Part shown: positions 35,410 to 48,661 of the stretch, in pieces
How positions within the stretch are numbered: position 1 is the stretch's first letter
Layout of the letters: each line of letters opens with the position of its first letter
NCBI RefSeq assembly: GCF_000315625.1
Contig: NW_005434665.1
Span: 198,969-262,968, forward strand
Length of the DNA stretch: 64,000 bases
Source: Guillardia theta CCMP2712
Taxonomy: Eukaryota; Protista; Cryptophyta
Direction of reading: 5' to 3'
Notes under the pieces: generated by a model
The model's database searches: none
What the model was told of the DNA's origin: nothing
The model's input: the letters and a program-made list of their open reading frames with translations, nothing else
Program-made: the position numbers and the translations under genes

Positions 35410-36932
35410 TCAGTTAGCAAGCCTCTGCTTGTGGAACTTGATGTGATCCTCAATGAAAGTGGCGATGAAAAAATAACTGCAAACAGCGTCAAATCTTTCA
35501 CCCATCCCACCGCTCCATCTGAGGCACCTGTGATCGTAACCTGGCTGCATGCGGAGACTGCATTTCTGACCGACCTGGTCACAGGCAGCCTTGAAGTTCT
35601 CCGGCAGCAACTGCATAGATCACATCTTAATATCGAACAAAAGGAGGAGGAAGAGGAGGAAGAGGAGGAAGAGGAGGAAGAGGAGGAAGAGGAGGAAACC
35701 TGCCCGGCTGTCAGGAAATTGTCCTTGTCCCCTACATCAATCAAGATGTCGTCGAAGGGAGCAGCTTTCATGCCCTTCAACCGCACGAGTCACACTGATC
35801 GCCATCATCGACAAGGGCTCCTCACCTTCATCTGCTCCGTAGCATCATAAGCCTTCCACTGTTCCTGGTCGTCTCCGAGGTATCTTGAAGCACCCAGTCA
35901 GTTCAGAACTCCGATCCCGCAACCTGAGACCCTGTGAAAGCCTTGTTTCCCCACGGGCACTGCACTGCTGTCAACGCGCCATCACCATTGGTCAACCGCG
36001 TCACCTGCATAGGATTGCAGATGGGAGCGAAGGCAGACACTGATGTGTAAACTCCTGACGGTCATGTGCATATCAGGAGAATCTCACTCTGTCACACTAC
36101 AACCTGGGTTTCGCAGAGCGATGGTAAGAGCTCCATGGCCGCCCATGGAATGGCCCATGATGGCCTTGAGGACAGGAGTCAGCAGATGTCTCCTGCCTCC
36201 TCTCCCTCAACCTTCTTGCCGTTGGTCTTCACAGTCTGCTCGATAATCTCCATGAGCTCATTTGTTACGTAATCGTACATCTTGTAGTTCGCTGCACACC
36301 CAAATCCAAACGGATCAGCTCTACAGCGGCCGCAGCCATCAAGCAAGTCAACCAGCCCATTTCGGCTGAGTCGCATTCAAGTAGAATCCAGCTCCCTTGC
36401 CGAAATCCCAACTGACGAGAACAACTCAAAGGGAGTTTGCTCCACATACTCTCACTTCACCTCTCGCTGTCTCCCTCGATGTCGACACCCCTCGGGCTCG
36501 TGTCAGGACACACGATGATGACACGGTTTTCAACAGCTGCTCTGAATGCTCCTGCTTTCTCGATGAAGTTCCGATCCGAGCAGGTCAGCCCACTCAGCCA
36601 GTAGATGACCTGTCAACACATAAACAGGCGCCATGAGCATGAGGCGAGGTGAAGCATGCAGCCAGCTGGGTCATCACCGGGAGCTTTTCGTCACTCCCGC
36701 TTCCTCCGTTGATCACAGAGAACTTCATGACGCATCCAAGAGTAGGGCTGTTGTGCTCGTACCTGGCAAACGCGATCTCACAAGAGATCGCGGAACCTTA
36801 CAAGGTCTTCCTCTGCTCTCAAATACTCTACTGTGCTCAGCTCTTCTCAAGTTTCCCCTCGTCTCCTCTCTTCCTTCCCGTGTTCTCTTCCTCCCTCCTC
36901 CCTCTCCTCTTCTTACTGATTCACTTCGGCAT
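35410..36932 (-). CDS. ESD: S-formylglutathione hydrolase / esterase D
   Basis: YWLSGLTC, PDTSPRG, WDFGKGAGFYLNAT, MYDYV, GHSMGGHGAL, SAFAPICNP, PWG, GYDHSYFFIATFIEDHI. Confidence 0.95.
35641..35696. repeat. (GAGGAAGAG)n repeat in an ESD intron
   Basis: Directly visible. Gives spurious poly-E and poly-S ORFs. Confidence 0.85.
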
Positions 36933-37614
36933 TGAAAGCTTTCTTCGATTCCAGTAGCCGCGCCATATCGTCTGGTTTAACGTTAATTGTGCGTAATTAA
37001 AGTTATTCCAAGACACTTATATCGCTATAACATTAATATGAAGTATTTAACCTTATATTAGTTTTAACATTAAAACCTTCGTCGAATTCCGAGAGAACTG
37101 GGCAGGACAGGGGGTAGTGGAAATGAGGGGTGGGGTATCGACCCTAAATTCTAGGTGTAGGGTGGTAGACATGGTCTTAATTGACCGGGTGATCACAGAT
37201 AAAAATTACCTCATAGAGGGGGTACTTGTTGTTTGTGGGCAGGGGTAACGACAGGGAGGGGTAGGTATGTGTGTCGGGTCGTTGACGAAGTGTTTTTCGG
37301 GGAGAATGCCAACAAAGCCGGCAGCGGTGGAGAACGAGGAGGAGGGAGGGAGGAGGAGGACGTGCCGAGGGGTGAGATGAGAGATCATGATAACATTCAG
37401 AGGGATAGCAGGAGGAAATGCTGGAGAGATTAACTTCAACATAAGAAACGTGGCCAAACAAAGTTTATTGCCCCAAATGAACTCTATCTCTCTCCCCCCT
37501 CACCTCTAAACGAGCTCATCCAAAACGAGGCCTATCTCGTTGCCTGCGAATCATCTTCATACCTTCAGAGAGTCTGACTGCATCTTGCTTTTCAGTGTTG
37601 AATCGTCGAGCGGA

Positions 37615-38111
37615 ATGGGAACCGACGACACGAAACGGCGAAGGAGCTATGCTGCGCCTCCTGCCGCTGTCCTCTGTGGAATATTCGTGCTCGGCATAGG
37701 GTCGGGAGTCATCCTGACCTTCATCGCAGCACAAGTTGTTTCTCGTCGATCAGGTGAGTGTGGAGTTATAGTTCTTGTTGTCTTGTATACTCTAACTCTC
37801 ATTCAAGAAATCCTGGAAGTCAAGCCACAGAAGCTTCGATCCGGCATGCTGAACGCTCCCGGGACCTCACTGAGCCCTGCAGACAAGAAGAACGAGTTCT
37901 GGATCGAGACGATCTCTGATCTTCCCGGTCCTCGCATATACGTTCTTCACAACATTCTCACCAAGGAGGAATGTGAGTCGCTCAAGTCGCTGGGGGTGAT
38001 GGCTGGCATGGAGAAGGCGCTTATCATCCCGTATGGCGGGAAGGAGCTCGTCGAATCATCCACTCGGACCAATACAGCAGCCTGGCTGGAGGTCTGTAGT
38101 TGTTTGCTCTT

Positions 38112-38190
<79 letters not shown>

Positions 38191-39251
38191 TTTGTGTTTG
38201 TGTGTTATCAAGGTCGTGATGTTGATTCGTTTCGGCAGTATCATCAAGGCCCGGTCGTTACCAAACTAGAAAATTTGTTGGCCAAAGTCACCAACACTGA
38301 GCCTGAGAACGGAGAAAACCTGCAGGTTACGGCGATTGGAGGATTTTTAGAATCTCTCGATTGACTTGTCAGTGAACAGATTCTTCACTATCAAACATCC
38401 CAGCAGTTCAAAGAACATCATGACTATTTCGATCCAGGTGATGGAGAAACATTCCTCTTGCATTGAAGTTGGTTGATGTCTGAACTGCAGCGACTGATCC
38501 TCCTGAGAACTTCGAGCCTGGCGGGAACCGGCTTGCAACAGCGATCATCTACCTGCAGAATGCTGAAGAGGGAGGAGAGACTGACTTCATGAAAATCGAC
38601 ACGAAGGTTGTTGATACAAACCCCTCCTCTACTCAACTTGCTAACACGGATAGTACAGGTGAAGCCAGAGGCTGGGAGTGCGGTATGAGCTCTCTATGAA
38701 CATCCTTGTCCTCGAGTCCTGAGCACTCCCTTCTCCTTCATCTCTTCGTCTTCCCGCCTCTCTTGCCTGACTGACCCCCCCCTGTTAACCGCAGGTTCTC
38801 TTCTACGACCTGAAGCCTGACGGCTCCGTGGACAAGCTCACGATCCACTCCGGCAATCCGCCGAAAGGGTGAGAAGCTCGCGTCTTGTCGATGCTTGTTG
38901 CCTTTTCCTTCCTCTCAGCAACTTGTGTCCCCATGCTCGCTCTGCCGTGTTTGTTGTTTCTTTCTATTGTCATATCTCACTGTCTTCTCATCTTCACTCT
39001 TGATTTCTGGTGACTTTTTCTGTCAGGGGAGAGAAGTGGGTGGCTACCAAGTGGATTCATGAGAGGAGGTACCAAGGGCTTCCCAGGTTTGTTCTTCGAT
39101 GAGGGAGGAAGGAAGGAAGGAGTCGGTAGTGACGGCGATCAACAGGCATGTAAAGAAGGCGGAGCCGGCGAAGAAGGAGGAGGAAGTGGTGGACAATGGC
39201 AAGTCAAGTGCTCCTGTGGATGCGGACACGGCGCAGGGAGCCAAACAGTGA
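37615..39251 (+). CDS. Prolyl 4-hydroxylase (2OG-Fe(II) dioxygenase), type II membrane anchored
   Basis: N-terminal TM, PRIYVLHNILTKEEC, RT, ENLQILHY..HHDYFD, GGNRLAT..YL..EEGGETDF, H..P..GEKWVATKWIHE. Confidence 0.92.
38114..38187. repeat. (TG)n microsatellite in a P4H intron
   Basis: Directly visible. Confidence 0.95.
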
Positions 39252-39543
39252 GAGCGATTGGAGGATCTTGTTTCTAAGGGAGGAAGCTCTCTAACAGCTG
39301 TAGTTTTGTTTTCTTCTTGCTCCTTCTCTCGTCTACCCTCCCTTCCTCTCTCTGTCCTGTTCCAGCACGAAGAACGGGAATTTCATTGTATTTTTGACGT
39401 CACAGGCTCGAAGCTGTGATTTTTCTATTCTTTATTAAACAAGCTGAGGTTGTTGCGGTTTGACATACATAGGTAGAACGACACGAGAGGTCAAGACCAG
39501 ATCCCCCCACAGAGTTGAAGCAGCAAGAAGCCCTGCTGTCCTC

Positions 39544-42378
39544 CTATCTCTTCTTCGGGCCCGGCCGAGGGAGATTGAGCCGCTTCCTTTCTTTCCTGCA
39601 CAATGGAGTGAGAGGAGGTCGGCGGCAAGCAGAGCCCACAGCGTCATCGCCTTCTTCCCCAGCGCGTCGATCCGCTCGCGTTCCAGCAGGGTGAGCGGCC
39701 CCTTCTTCTTCCAGAGTGGCGCCTACACGAGGAGGAGGAAGTGGTGGTGGTGGTGGGCGATGACAATGATGATGAGGAGGAAGGAAGGAAGGAGGGAAGG
39801 GATAGAGCAAAGTTGAGGTGAGAAGTGGGCAGACGAACGAGGGGGAGGACGGAGGAGCGGAAAAGCAGCAGGGGGCAGGGAGTTAGGAGGAGTGAGGACG
39901 GGTGAGCGACGAAGCAGCACACATGAAGAGTATAACTCACCACTTTCTCGACCTTCTTCTCCTGCTTGTTCCTCGCGACCTTGTCGCGTCTCTTGCCTGA
40001 CCCCGTAAAAGCCTCGGCCTCGTCGATGTACCGCTGAGCTTCCTCTCGCACCTCTGAGCAGCGAAAGTCAAGGAGGACGAGGACGGAGTCGTCCACGTAC
40101 CTTGCGGGAAACCTTTTTCAGCCTCGCTGCAGAAAGACTCCCATCGAGATTCAGTCAGGTTCTCCTCGTAGACGACAATCTGAGGGGGAGGGTTTGAGCT
40201 GCAACAGACTCGCAAGGGAATGGACCGGATCTCCTTCGTCCTTGACCTCATGAAACGGCGAGAAAATGTCGTACACCTTCCCTTCCGTCACGTTGCTGCA
40301 TGTGCGTCAGCCCCTGGTCTCTGTGAGGGGAGGGAGTACTTCAAAATCATTATTTTCTCATCCCAGGGCAAGGTACAGATGCCTTCAGGATCGGGGGTAG
40401 TACTGCAAGGCGATCAAGGGCTTTCCCTCCTGGCATGTCGACGTACCTGCGGGTGGGAGAGGAGACTCGGCTGCGAGCACCGTTCGCCTCCATCAGCATC
40501 TCGATGACCTGCAGACAAGGATGAGGAGAGGTCGAGCGTCGGTCAGGCGGCGAGGGCATCATCCACCTTTTGGTTCTCTATCACGGCGTTCTCATGGTCC
40601 TGAAAAACGATTGTTGAGCGAAGGAGGAGGGCGGGAAGGAACTAACGTACATGCTCTTTGATGTGCACGGCGAGATCCAAGGGATTGAAGAAACTCGCAT
40701 CTTGCTGTCCGACCAACAAACTTCAGCGGCAGCCGGTCTCCTGCTCCGCCACCTCCTCCTTCACTTCCATGACCCCCCCCCAACCCCCCACCTCAACCTC
40801 CTGCTTACCAGGTGCGGGTTCGCTCCAGCTCGAAGCAGGTCGTAGACGATCCGACAGTCGGATATGGCGACCTGCCCTCGTTCAAATCTCATCCTCTCCC
40901 TTACTCGCTTCTCTCACAGCGTTGTGCAGCGGCGTCCTCCCCCTCTCCGTTTGCAGGTTGACGTTTGCGCCGTACCTGGCCAACATTAACAACCATCGGG
41001 GGGGTGTAGATGATGTCAAGCTCGGATCTACAATCACATCTGCCTCTGCGGACTGCTACCACATACCAACATTGCCATCATCAATATAGACAATGACTCA
41101 ACCTGATGAGCAGCGTCACTGCTTTGTGCCTCCCTTGCACGGCAGCCCAGTGTCTGAACAAGGCGATCGAGTCAGGACGGCAGGTGGCAGGGATATTGAG
41201 AGGAGACGAACAACACGCGGAAGACTCACAGGGGAGAATCGTGGAAAATGTTCTGATGGTTCACACTGACACCTGACTCTATCAACCGGGTGATCTCATC
41301 TACACTGATTCAGCAAAATTCTTCACAGAAAGATTCACGTTCTACCCAAGTCTCCAAATTTGGCAGCTTCCATCAGTTTCCTTCCTTGAAAGTGATACTG
41401 ACCATGCTCGTGAGAAGAGGGAAGATAACGGCAAGAGTAGCATGATCACAATCTCAACAGCCGACATGCAGCGAAAGTTGAAGTGCTTTGTCTTCATCAC
41501 TTCATCGTGCAGGGCTCGGCCCATTCTCTGCGAGGGGATCATGAGGGAGGGGCAAGAAGCGGAGTCGCTCACGTCGTTGAACTTCCGATCGTGGAGCCAG
41601 CGATGCATTTTCATGTGCTTGAGGAGCTGAAAGAGAATGATCCCCATCCTTTCCCTCCTCCTGGCACTCGTTCAAACCTCAATGTCCTTCGCCTTGTTCG
41701 GCCCCACGTACACCTTGTCCCTGACTCTGACGTCAGCAGGGAGCATCACCGCAGGAGCAACGTCAGCACATGTCGAACGGGTCAAGGTTGTCCGGCTGAA
41801 GGCACGAGTCAGGCGTCGGCGACTGACATGGCCAGGCAACCAACCTCGTACTCGTCATGGTCGACCTCCAAGTCCGAGAGTGAGAAGCTGCTGTCATCCT
41901 TGATCTCCTGATGGCTGGATCAGATGTGACTGCATGCTCCATTACCGACGCCATGCCTCCTTGTGCTGTCTCTCGTTCTTTAAGGCCTCCTCCATCAACC
42001 TCAGTGTCCCGTTGAACATCTTCTTCAGGTCTGGGTAGACCTCGTCACTCTTGTTGAACCTGGAGGACACCGCGTCAACAGGAGGAGGTACAAGGATGAG
42101 GCAGGAGAGCTCTCCTGTCAAACTGATCCTGCAAGTCTGTCAACCGCACATACTCGTCAGCACGGGGCGGAGAGATCGGCAAACGGCTCACGGTCAAAGA
42201 TCAACCGGTCGGGATGCAGGTGCTTGTATTCATCCTCCCATGAGGAGGAAGGGTAGAAATCGAGTCCTCCTCGAAGACAGAGAGAAAGTTTCGACACTCC
42301 CTGGACTCGATCCAACAAGATGCCGGACGGAACAGCAAAATTCACAACAACCATGCACAGCAGCAGCTTGAGTCGCAT
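39544..42378 (-). CDS. Signal-peptide-bearing multi-exon protein with ankyrin repeats
   Basis: MRLKLLLCMVVVNFAVPSG signal followed by LCLRGG. ANK exons HWAAVQGRHKAVTLLI and YGANVNLQTERGRTPLHN. Basic C-terminus. Confidence 0.6.
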
Positions 42379-42585
42379 CCTGGCTCCAGCTCCAGTCTCC
42401 CCCCTTCCCGCTTCGGATTCTTTCCCTCTCCCCACCTCCTACTCTGTTCCCCTTCACCTACCGCTCCGGTTTCTCTCCTCAGTTCCTCTCCCCGTCCGCT
42501 TCTCACGCTGCTCCATCCTCTCCTCCTCTCTTTGATTTCCCCTGTGGAGACAAATAAAAACAATTACCGGCCGCATCCTGTACCT

Positions 42586-43880
42586 ATGCAGCTGAGGCTC
42601 CTGCCGCTCCTCCTCCTCCTCCTCCTCCTCTCCTGCCCTTCGTTGACCTCACTACCCTCACGATCCTCTGCGTTTGTTCCCTCTCCCGTCGTGCACGCGT
42701 TAAGGCGGTGGGACAGCGCATGCTCGCTGCAACCGCAGGCTGTGGAGGACCGGGAAGTGATAACAGCAACCAGACTGTGAGGACCGTCCCACTTCCTCAT
42801 GGCACTGACGTGCCCTGCAGATGGATAGACGGCTGGGTCGTCGGCCTCAGCCTCTGCCCATGGGCGTGGTTGGTCCGCAAACCTCCCGAGCTCAACCTCT
42901 CTGTGATCCGGTCGGAGGCAATGGAGAGGGATGTGAAGTCAGTGGTGATGGCAGCGCGGGAACTGGTGGAAGTTCATTCTCAGATCAGTCGAGACGACGG
43001 AAGGAGGGGATTTGCTACCACTCTGCTCATGTTCCCGTCGGAGAAGTACGCAGGAACTGATCCGTATACCCTGGCCAACCCGTCGGACGCTGCAGATCCC
43101 TCGGCGATCTGCGGAGATTTCCCGGTGATACTCTCTTTGCATATCTACATGACATGTATCGGCCAACAACTGACTCTACCTTCTTCACAGAGGCTGACAC
43201 GTCTCTGTCAGGTATCTTGCAATCGTCTGAGGAGGCTGACTGTTGTGGAGGAGGAAATGACATGATCACGCATCTCGTTGGGACTGGGCAGGAAGCTCTT
43301 GCTGAAATGCCTGTAGACTTGCTTGCATTCCACCGGTAACCTCAGATGTAAGGGAAAAGAATCTTACATCAGCTTTCAGGTGGCGATTCGATGAGGGTCC
43401 TGGCTGTACCTCCGACTTCGAGGATGCTGCTCACTTTTCAGTTCGATCCCCGTAGCATCTTCTTCTCTCTTAGGCTGTCTCTCTTACAGCTGCTTCTAGC
43501 TACCCGACCCTTCAACTTCTCGTCAAGGATGACTTGAAGTTTGCTCGCCGGCAATGGGCGGCATGGCAGGTGCGTAATGTCTTCACTTGAAACGATGCTG
43601 TGCACATACTATGCTGTCAAGATTTTCATGGATTGCAGTGCTGAGAAGATGATTGAATGCTGCCATGATTATTCAATTGCAGAGAAGAAAGAAGGCTGAG
43701 GAGTTGAGCACGTTGGGACTACTGTTCGCCAACAAAGACAAGCTGAGGGCCATTGGTCGTGGTACAGGGACATGTACCATTGGAATCTTATGCACTCATG
43801 TAGGTTTCGATGCTCTTGCTCGCCAAATGAGAGAATTTTTGAGTTCAAGGGCCAACTCTTCCGCCAGACTAGAACATTGA
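42586..43880 (+). CDS. DUF1415-family protein with bipartite (plastid-type) presequence
   Basis: WIDGWVVGLSLCPWA, TTLLMFP, LAFH, SPYPTLQLL match DUF1415 motifs as recalled. N-terminus [25 protein letters not shown]. Confidence 0.7.
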
Positions 43881-43914
43881 GTTCAAGAGCCAACTCTTCC
43901 GCCAGACTAGAACA
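43839..43914. repeat. 38-bp tandem duplication (2 copies, 1 mismatch)
   Basis: TTGAGTTCAAG(G/A)GCCAACTCTTCCGCCAGACTAGAACA x2. Confidence 0.9.
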
Positions 43915-44399
43915 TTAGATGCGGCGCAAACAAACAAACCATTAAGAAACGAGAAGAATCCTACTTGGTATCATCTCTCCTACAGAAATTACGGTCTGAC
44001 AATGTAAATAAACGATTTTTTTTGTTTATGTTCGAAATATTTTACATTTGGAATTTGATCCTTTTACATAATAGAGCAAGAAGCCGCAGTGTCATACGCT
44101 AAGCTGGAAGGTACGAACAGTAAATATACTTCAAAACCAAGGCAAACGAAAACTCACGCTCTTCCATCCGTGCAATCTTGGCAGCGGAACCATTGGGCAG
44201 TGGCAGGCTTAGTGCCCGGTGGTCGTACAAAACTGCGAAAACACAAGTCATTTCACTTCGAACCCTACAATCGAACAAAACAACTGCTAAAACGAAATCA
44301 AACATAATGAAATCTTCAGCTTCTTTTGTCTTGACACATCTCAGAACGATCACATTCAACTCATAGTGCTACTACATTGCGGAGAAATCTACACAAAAT

Positions 44400-44816
44400 A
44401 TCTCCCATCCTGCAGTATTCAAGACATGGCAGGATCACCTTCGCCCGCATCGTCTGCACGTCGGCAGTTCCCCAGGAACAACAGGCTAATGAGCATGAAG
44501 TGAGTAACCAGTGGGTGACGCTAAGAGGAAGTCAAATGACTTGATACCCGTGCATAAGAGGTGTCAGCAGGATTAGCATTCAACGGAACTACAGGAGTAG
44601 CGACTGGCACAGCAGATCCATGAACAGGCTGACCATACTAAGAACAAGGTCAAATCTACATGTGACGTAGGATTGTATCATCCTCACCGCCTGATATGGA
44701 GGCGGAGGCAGATCAGGAGCAGAAGGCTGGGGGGGTTTGTTCGGCTGCTCAAAGTCCATGCCGCAGGATCCACAGAAGCGACCTGTGATCGCCGCACCGC
44801 ATCGCGGACAAGGCAT
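44400..44816 (-). CDS. Small zinc-ribbon, Pro-rich protein; 3' end unresolved
   Basis: MPCPRCGAAITGRFCGSCG zinc ribbon, then PSAP and PPPY motifs, then GT-AG introns. Confidence 0.5.
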
Positions 44817-46095
44817 TGCGAAAGTTTGGGTACAAAGACAGTTCCACGAGGGGGTGGGGTTGTAACCCGAGAGGTGTAGCTGTTAGAAAACGGTGGGTAT
44901 TTTTCAGGACAAAAAGGGGGTACTGTCTTATCATTGAAGTATAAGGGGTGGGGTAGGTAGTTTGGAGACGATGAAATTTGAGGGCCTGGCCGTCCAAGAA
45001 GTTCGAAACCCGAGAGGTCCGGTGTCTCCGATGGTTATGAGCCCTCGTTTCTTTAGAATGCAATTTTATGAAATTGTACCATGATCCTGTAATAAGGTTT
45101 TAATGGAGATTCTTCCCGTACATCGAAGATCTGCTGTCGAACACTCTGTACCAAATACATACATTTATAACACTTTTGAAAGCAGGTACAGGAAATGTAG
45201 GGGTAGTGGCACGTGGAATAGATGGTAGGGGTGCTTGATGATTGCACGTGCCCCTACCCCTTCTTCACTACCCCTACCCCTAATTTCCCAGTTATTTGAT
45301 CCCCTCCATCACCTCTCCGCTATCTCTCTATGTCCACCTGACCACCCCAGCTTTCATCTATGAAACTACCCCATCATGCACCTGGACCCAGATGGACAAG
45401 CAGGGGTCTTCCAATAATTCTGTGTTCACGTACCGGTGAGATGTGAAGTATGAAGTAGGGGTACTACTTGTAACTAAAGTACCCCCACCCTTCCATGCCC
45501 TTGCAGGGGTCCTTCCCGCCATGCCCGCGCGTACGATCTAAGAGCAGGCGGGCGAGTGAAGTGAAGAACAGAGGAGAACGGCAGGCGAGGAGCAGGGAAC
45601 GAGAGAAGAGAGAAGAGAGAAGAGAGAAGAGAGAAGAGTGATCGTTTAAAGGGAAGGGAGCTCAAGAGAAGGCAGAGGGAAAGCGAGTGTATCGAGTAGG
45701 CCTGTTGGTGTTGAAAACGGCTCACATTTGCAAGAGGGTGTCAGGAATCGAGGTGACCAGGGTTGCACAACCAAAGCATCTGTTCCCCTGCTCCACTTTT
45801 GTGGTGTACTACCGCACTCTCAGTCCGAAGAATCAATAGGTCAGTGTCATGAACCCTCCTTGATTGAAGCTGCAGTACTGACTAGGATGTTGTCAGAACA
45901 ATCAAACAGTCTTGATTTAGACGGAGCCTGATCAACGCAGGTTCACAACTTTTGTCACTGTATTTCTTTCGAATCTCCCAACTCTTTCACAACTTTTGTC
46001 ACTCTATACTCTCTGTGTTTCTTTCGTATCTCTGAACTCATGGATACGATCTCTTCTGTTGGCTTATATGATGTGTTAGTCTCAATCCCAAGATA

Positions 46096-48511
46096 ATGTA
46101 CGGAGGGATGCAAATGCCTGTCCTGCCGGTATGTCGAATTGCCAAGTTTTTGAACTCTTTGTTGATGATGTTCTTCCAGCCACCATGGCAGATGGGTATC
46201 GATCCTGCTACGGGAGTGCCCTACTACTTCAATGTTGCAACCAAAGTCACGCAATGGGAGTACCCCACCTTGGCTGGTAAACCCGACTCTTCCGGTAAAC
46301 CACCCGAAGATTCAAAGGGCAAGGAGGGTGGCATGAATGGCAATGGTCCAGTCGTGAATGGCGGCCCCCACAACAGAATGGGGGCTTCCCATCGAATCCC
46401 CTCTACATGAATGGCTTCAATCCCTCTCTCAATAACCTGATGGGAAGAGGGCCTGCCCCGCGAGGGAATGGAGGTGGAGGTTCGAACAAGGGATCGAACA
46501 AGAACAAGCAGCCTTTTGAGGACCTTACTAACATTCCACATGATGACCAAAGCTCTTGTCCGAAGGAAGTTGTTGAGTGGAGAAAAAGTCATGAAATTAC
46601 GGTTGCAGGTGGCTGCCCAGGTTGGTTGCTTGAGTTGATGTACCAGAGCGACTCTGACGCATTGTTACAGATCCCTTCTTTACTTTCAGGGAGCTCCCTG
46701 TTCCACAAGTACTTCAGGATCAGTTGTTGCGCGCTGGATTCTCTGGCCCATCCGTGATCCAAGCACAAACATGGCCTGCTGCGTTGAAGGGCAGAGATGT
46801 GATTGGAGTTGCCAAGACGGGCTCAGGAAAGACTCTTGGGTTCCTTGTCCCAGGTTTCATGCATATCATGAATGATGGACTGAAGAATCCAAGGATGGGA
46901 CCCTTGATTCTTGTCCTTGCACCGACTCGCGAGCTCGCTACCCAGATTCAAGAAGAGTGCATAAAGTTTGGGTCGTGTATTCACATTCGATCTTGCTGTG
47001 TCTATGGTGGTGCGCCCAAGGGACCACAACTGCGTGAGCTGAGAAGTGGAGCTCACATCGTTATTGCAACCCCTGGCAGATTGAATGATTTTCTTGAACA
47101 AGGAATGATCAATCTGCAGCAAGTTTCATATCTTGTGTTCGATGAAGCTGATCGTATGTTGGACATGGGATTTGAACCTCAAATCCGCAAGATCCTGGAT
47201 AGAATTCCTGGGAAACGGCAGACCCTCTTCTATACTGCTACATGGCCGAAGGAAGTCAGAAGACTTGCAAGCGACTTTTTGGACAAACCGTGTATCGTTT
47301 ATATTGGAGACACAGACACACTTGTTGCGAACAAAGATGTAACCCAAGTCATTAAGGTCATTGATGACAGATTCGGTGAAAAGGATATGATACTGCAGGA
47401 CATTATTCGAGGAGAGGGTGTTGGATCAAGAATCATAATCTTTTGCTCTACAAAACGTATGTGCGACCAATTAGAGAGGAATCTCAGTCGTATGGTACCC
47501 TGCGCTGCAATTCATGGTGATAAAGACCAAGGACAGAGAACTAGAATTCTCAATGATTTCAAGGCAGGACAATGCTGCGTAATGATCGCTACTGATGTTG
47601 CGGCAAGAGGCCTCGATATCAAGGAGGTCAAAGCAGTCATCAACTACGAATTCCCAAGCAACACAGAAGACTATATTCATAGGATTGGAAGGACAGGTCG
47701 TGCTGGAGCAAAAGGGACTGCTTACACTTTCTTCACAAAGAAGGATGCTTCCAAAGCTTCTTCGTTGATCAAGATTCTCGAGGGGGCAGGCCAGGAGGTT
47801 CCACCTCAACTTCGAAATTTCTGTTTTGGAAGCTATCAACAAACAGGCAGCAATATGCAGTTTGGATCAGGATACTCCCGGGGCATGCCTAGACCTCGAG
47901 ATGATGACAAATTTGGAAGAGAGACAGACCGCTTCGGTGACAGGTCCGACAGCAGTAGGGGATTTGCTGCAGAACAGGACAAGGTCAGGGGGCGCAGCCG
48001 CAGCCGCAGTCGAAGCCGAAGCCGTGGTAGAAGTCGCAGATCTCCACGATCTCGCTCTGATCGCAGCCCACGTCATCGCTCCCGATCACGATCTGCGGAC
48101 AAAAGTCGCTCGAAGCATAAGAGATCTCACTCGAGGTCTCCAAAGCGCAGCAAGAGATCGAGGTCGCGAGGCAGGGACAAAAGCAAGGAAAGGGAAAAGG
48201 AGAAGGAAGGTGAGAACGACCGGGACAAGGAGAAGGACAAGGAGAAAGACAGGGAAAAGCACAGAGACCGTGATCGGAGTCGGAGCAGGGACAGGGACAG
48301 GGACAGGGATCGTGACAGGGACAGGGACAGGGATCGTGACAGAGACCGGGACCGAGATCGAGAAAGAGACCGTGATCGTGATCGCGACCGAGAGAGAGAT
48401 AAGGATCGTGACAGGGAAAGGGATCGTGAGAAGAGCAGGAGGTCAAGGTCCCGCTCACATCACAAAAGGAGTAGTCGTGACAGGAGCTCTAGTCGTCACC
48501 GCAGGCATTGA
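46096..48511 (+). CDS. DDX5/DBP2-like DEAD-box RNA helicase with N-terminal WW domain and RS/RD-rich tail
   Basis: WW ([28 protein letters not shown]), [39 protein letters not shown]. Confidence 0.93.
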
Positions 48512-48661
48512 AGGAGCTGAGATCCTCAGTCTGCACTAATTATCGTGGCCGTGATACAGCAATAGTGTCTAAGTAGCTCATAAACTATGAATCGCTGCAG
48601 AACGAATCGGCCAAAGGAGGAGCCAACCAGCAGGCTTAACTTTACTAGAACATCGGGCTCA

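Noticed and set aside
43839-43914. CRISPR-like 38-bp repeat
   Set aside because: Only two abutting copies, no spacers, no cas genes, eukaryotic context.
48270-48430. GACAGG/GATCGT repeats as a satellite
   Set aside because: They encode the RD dipeptide tail of the DEAD-box helicase.
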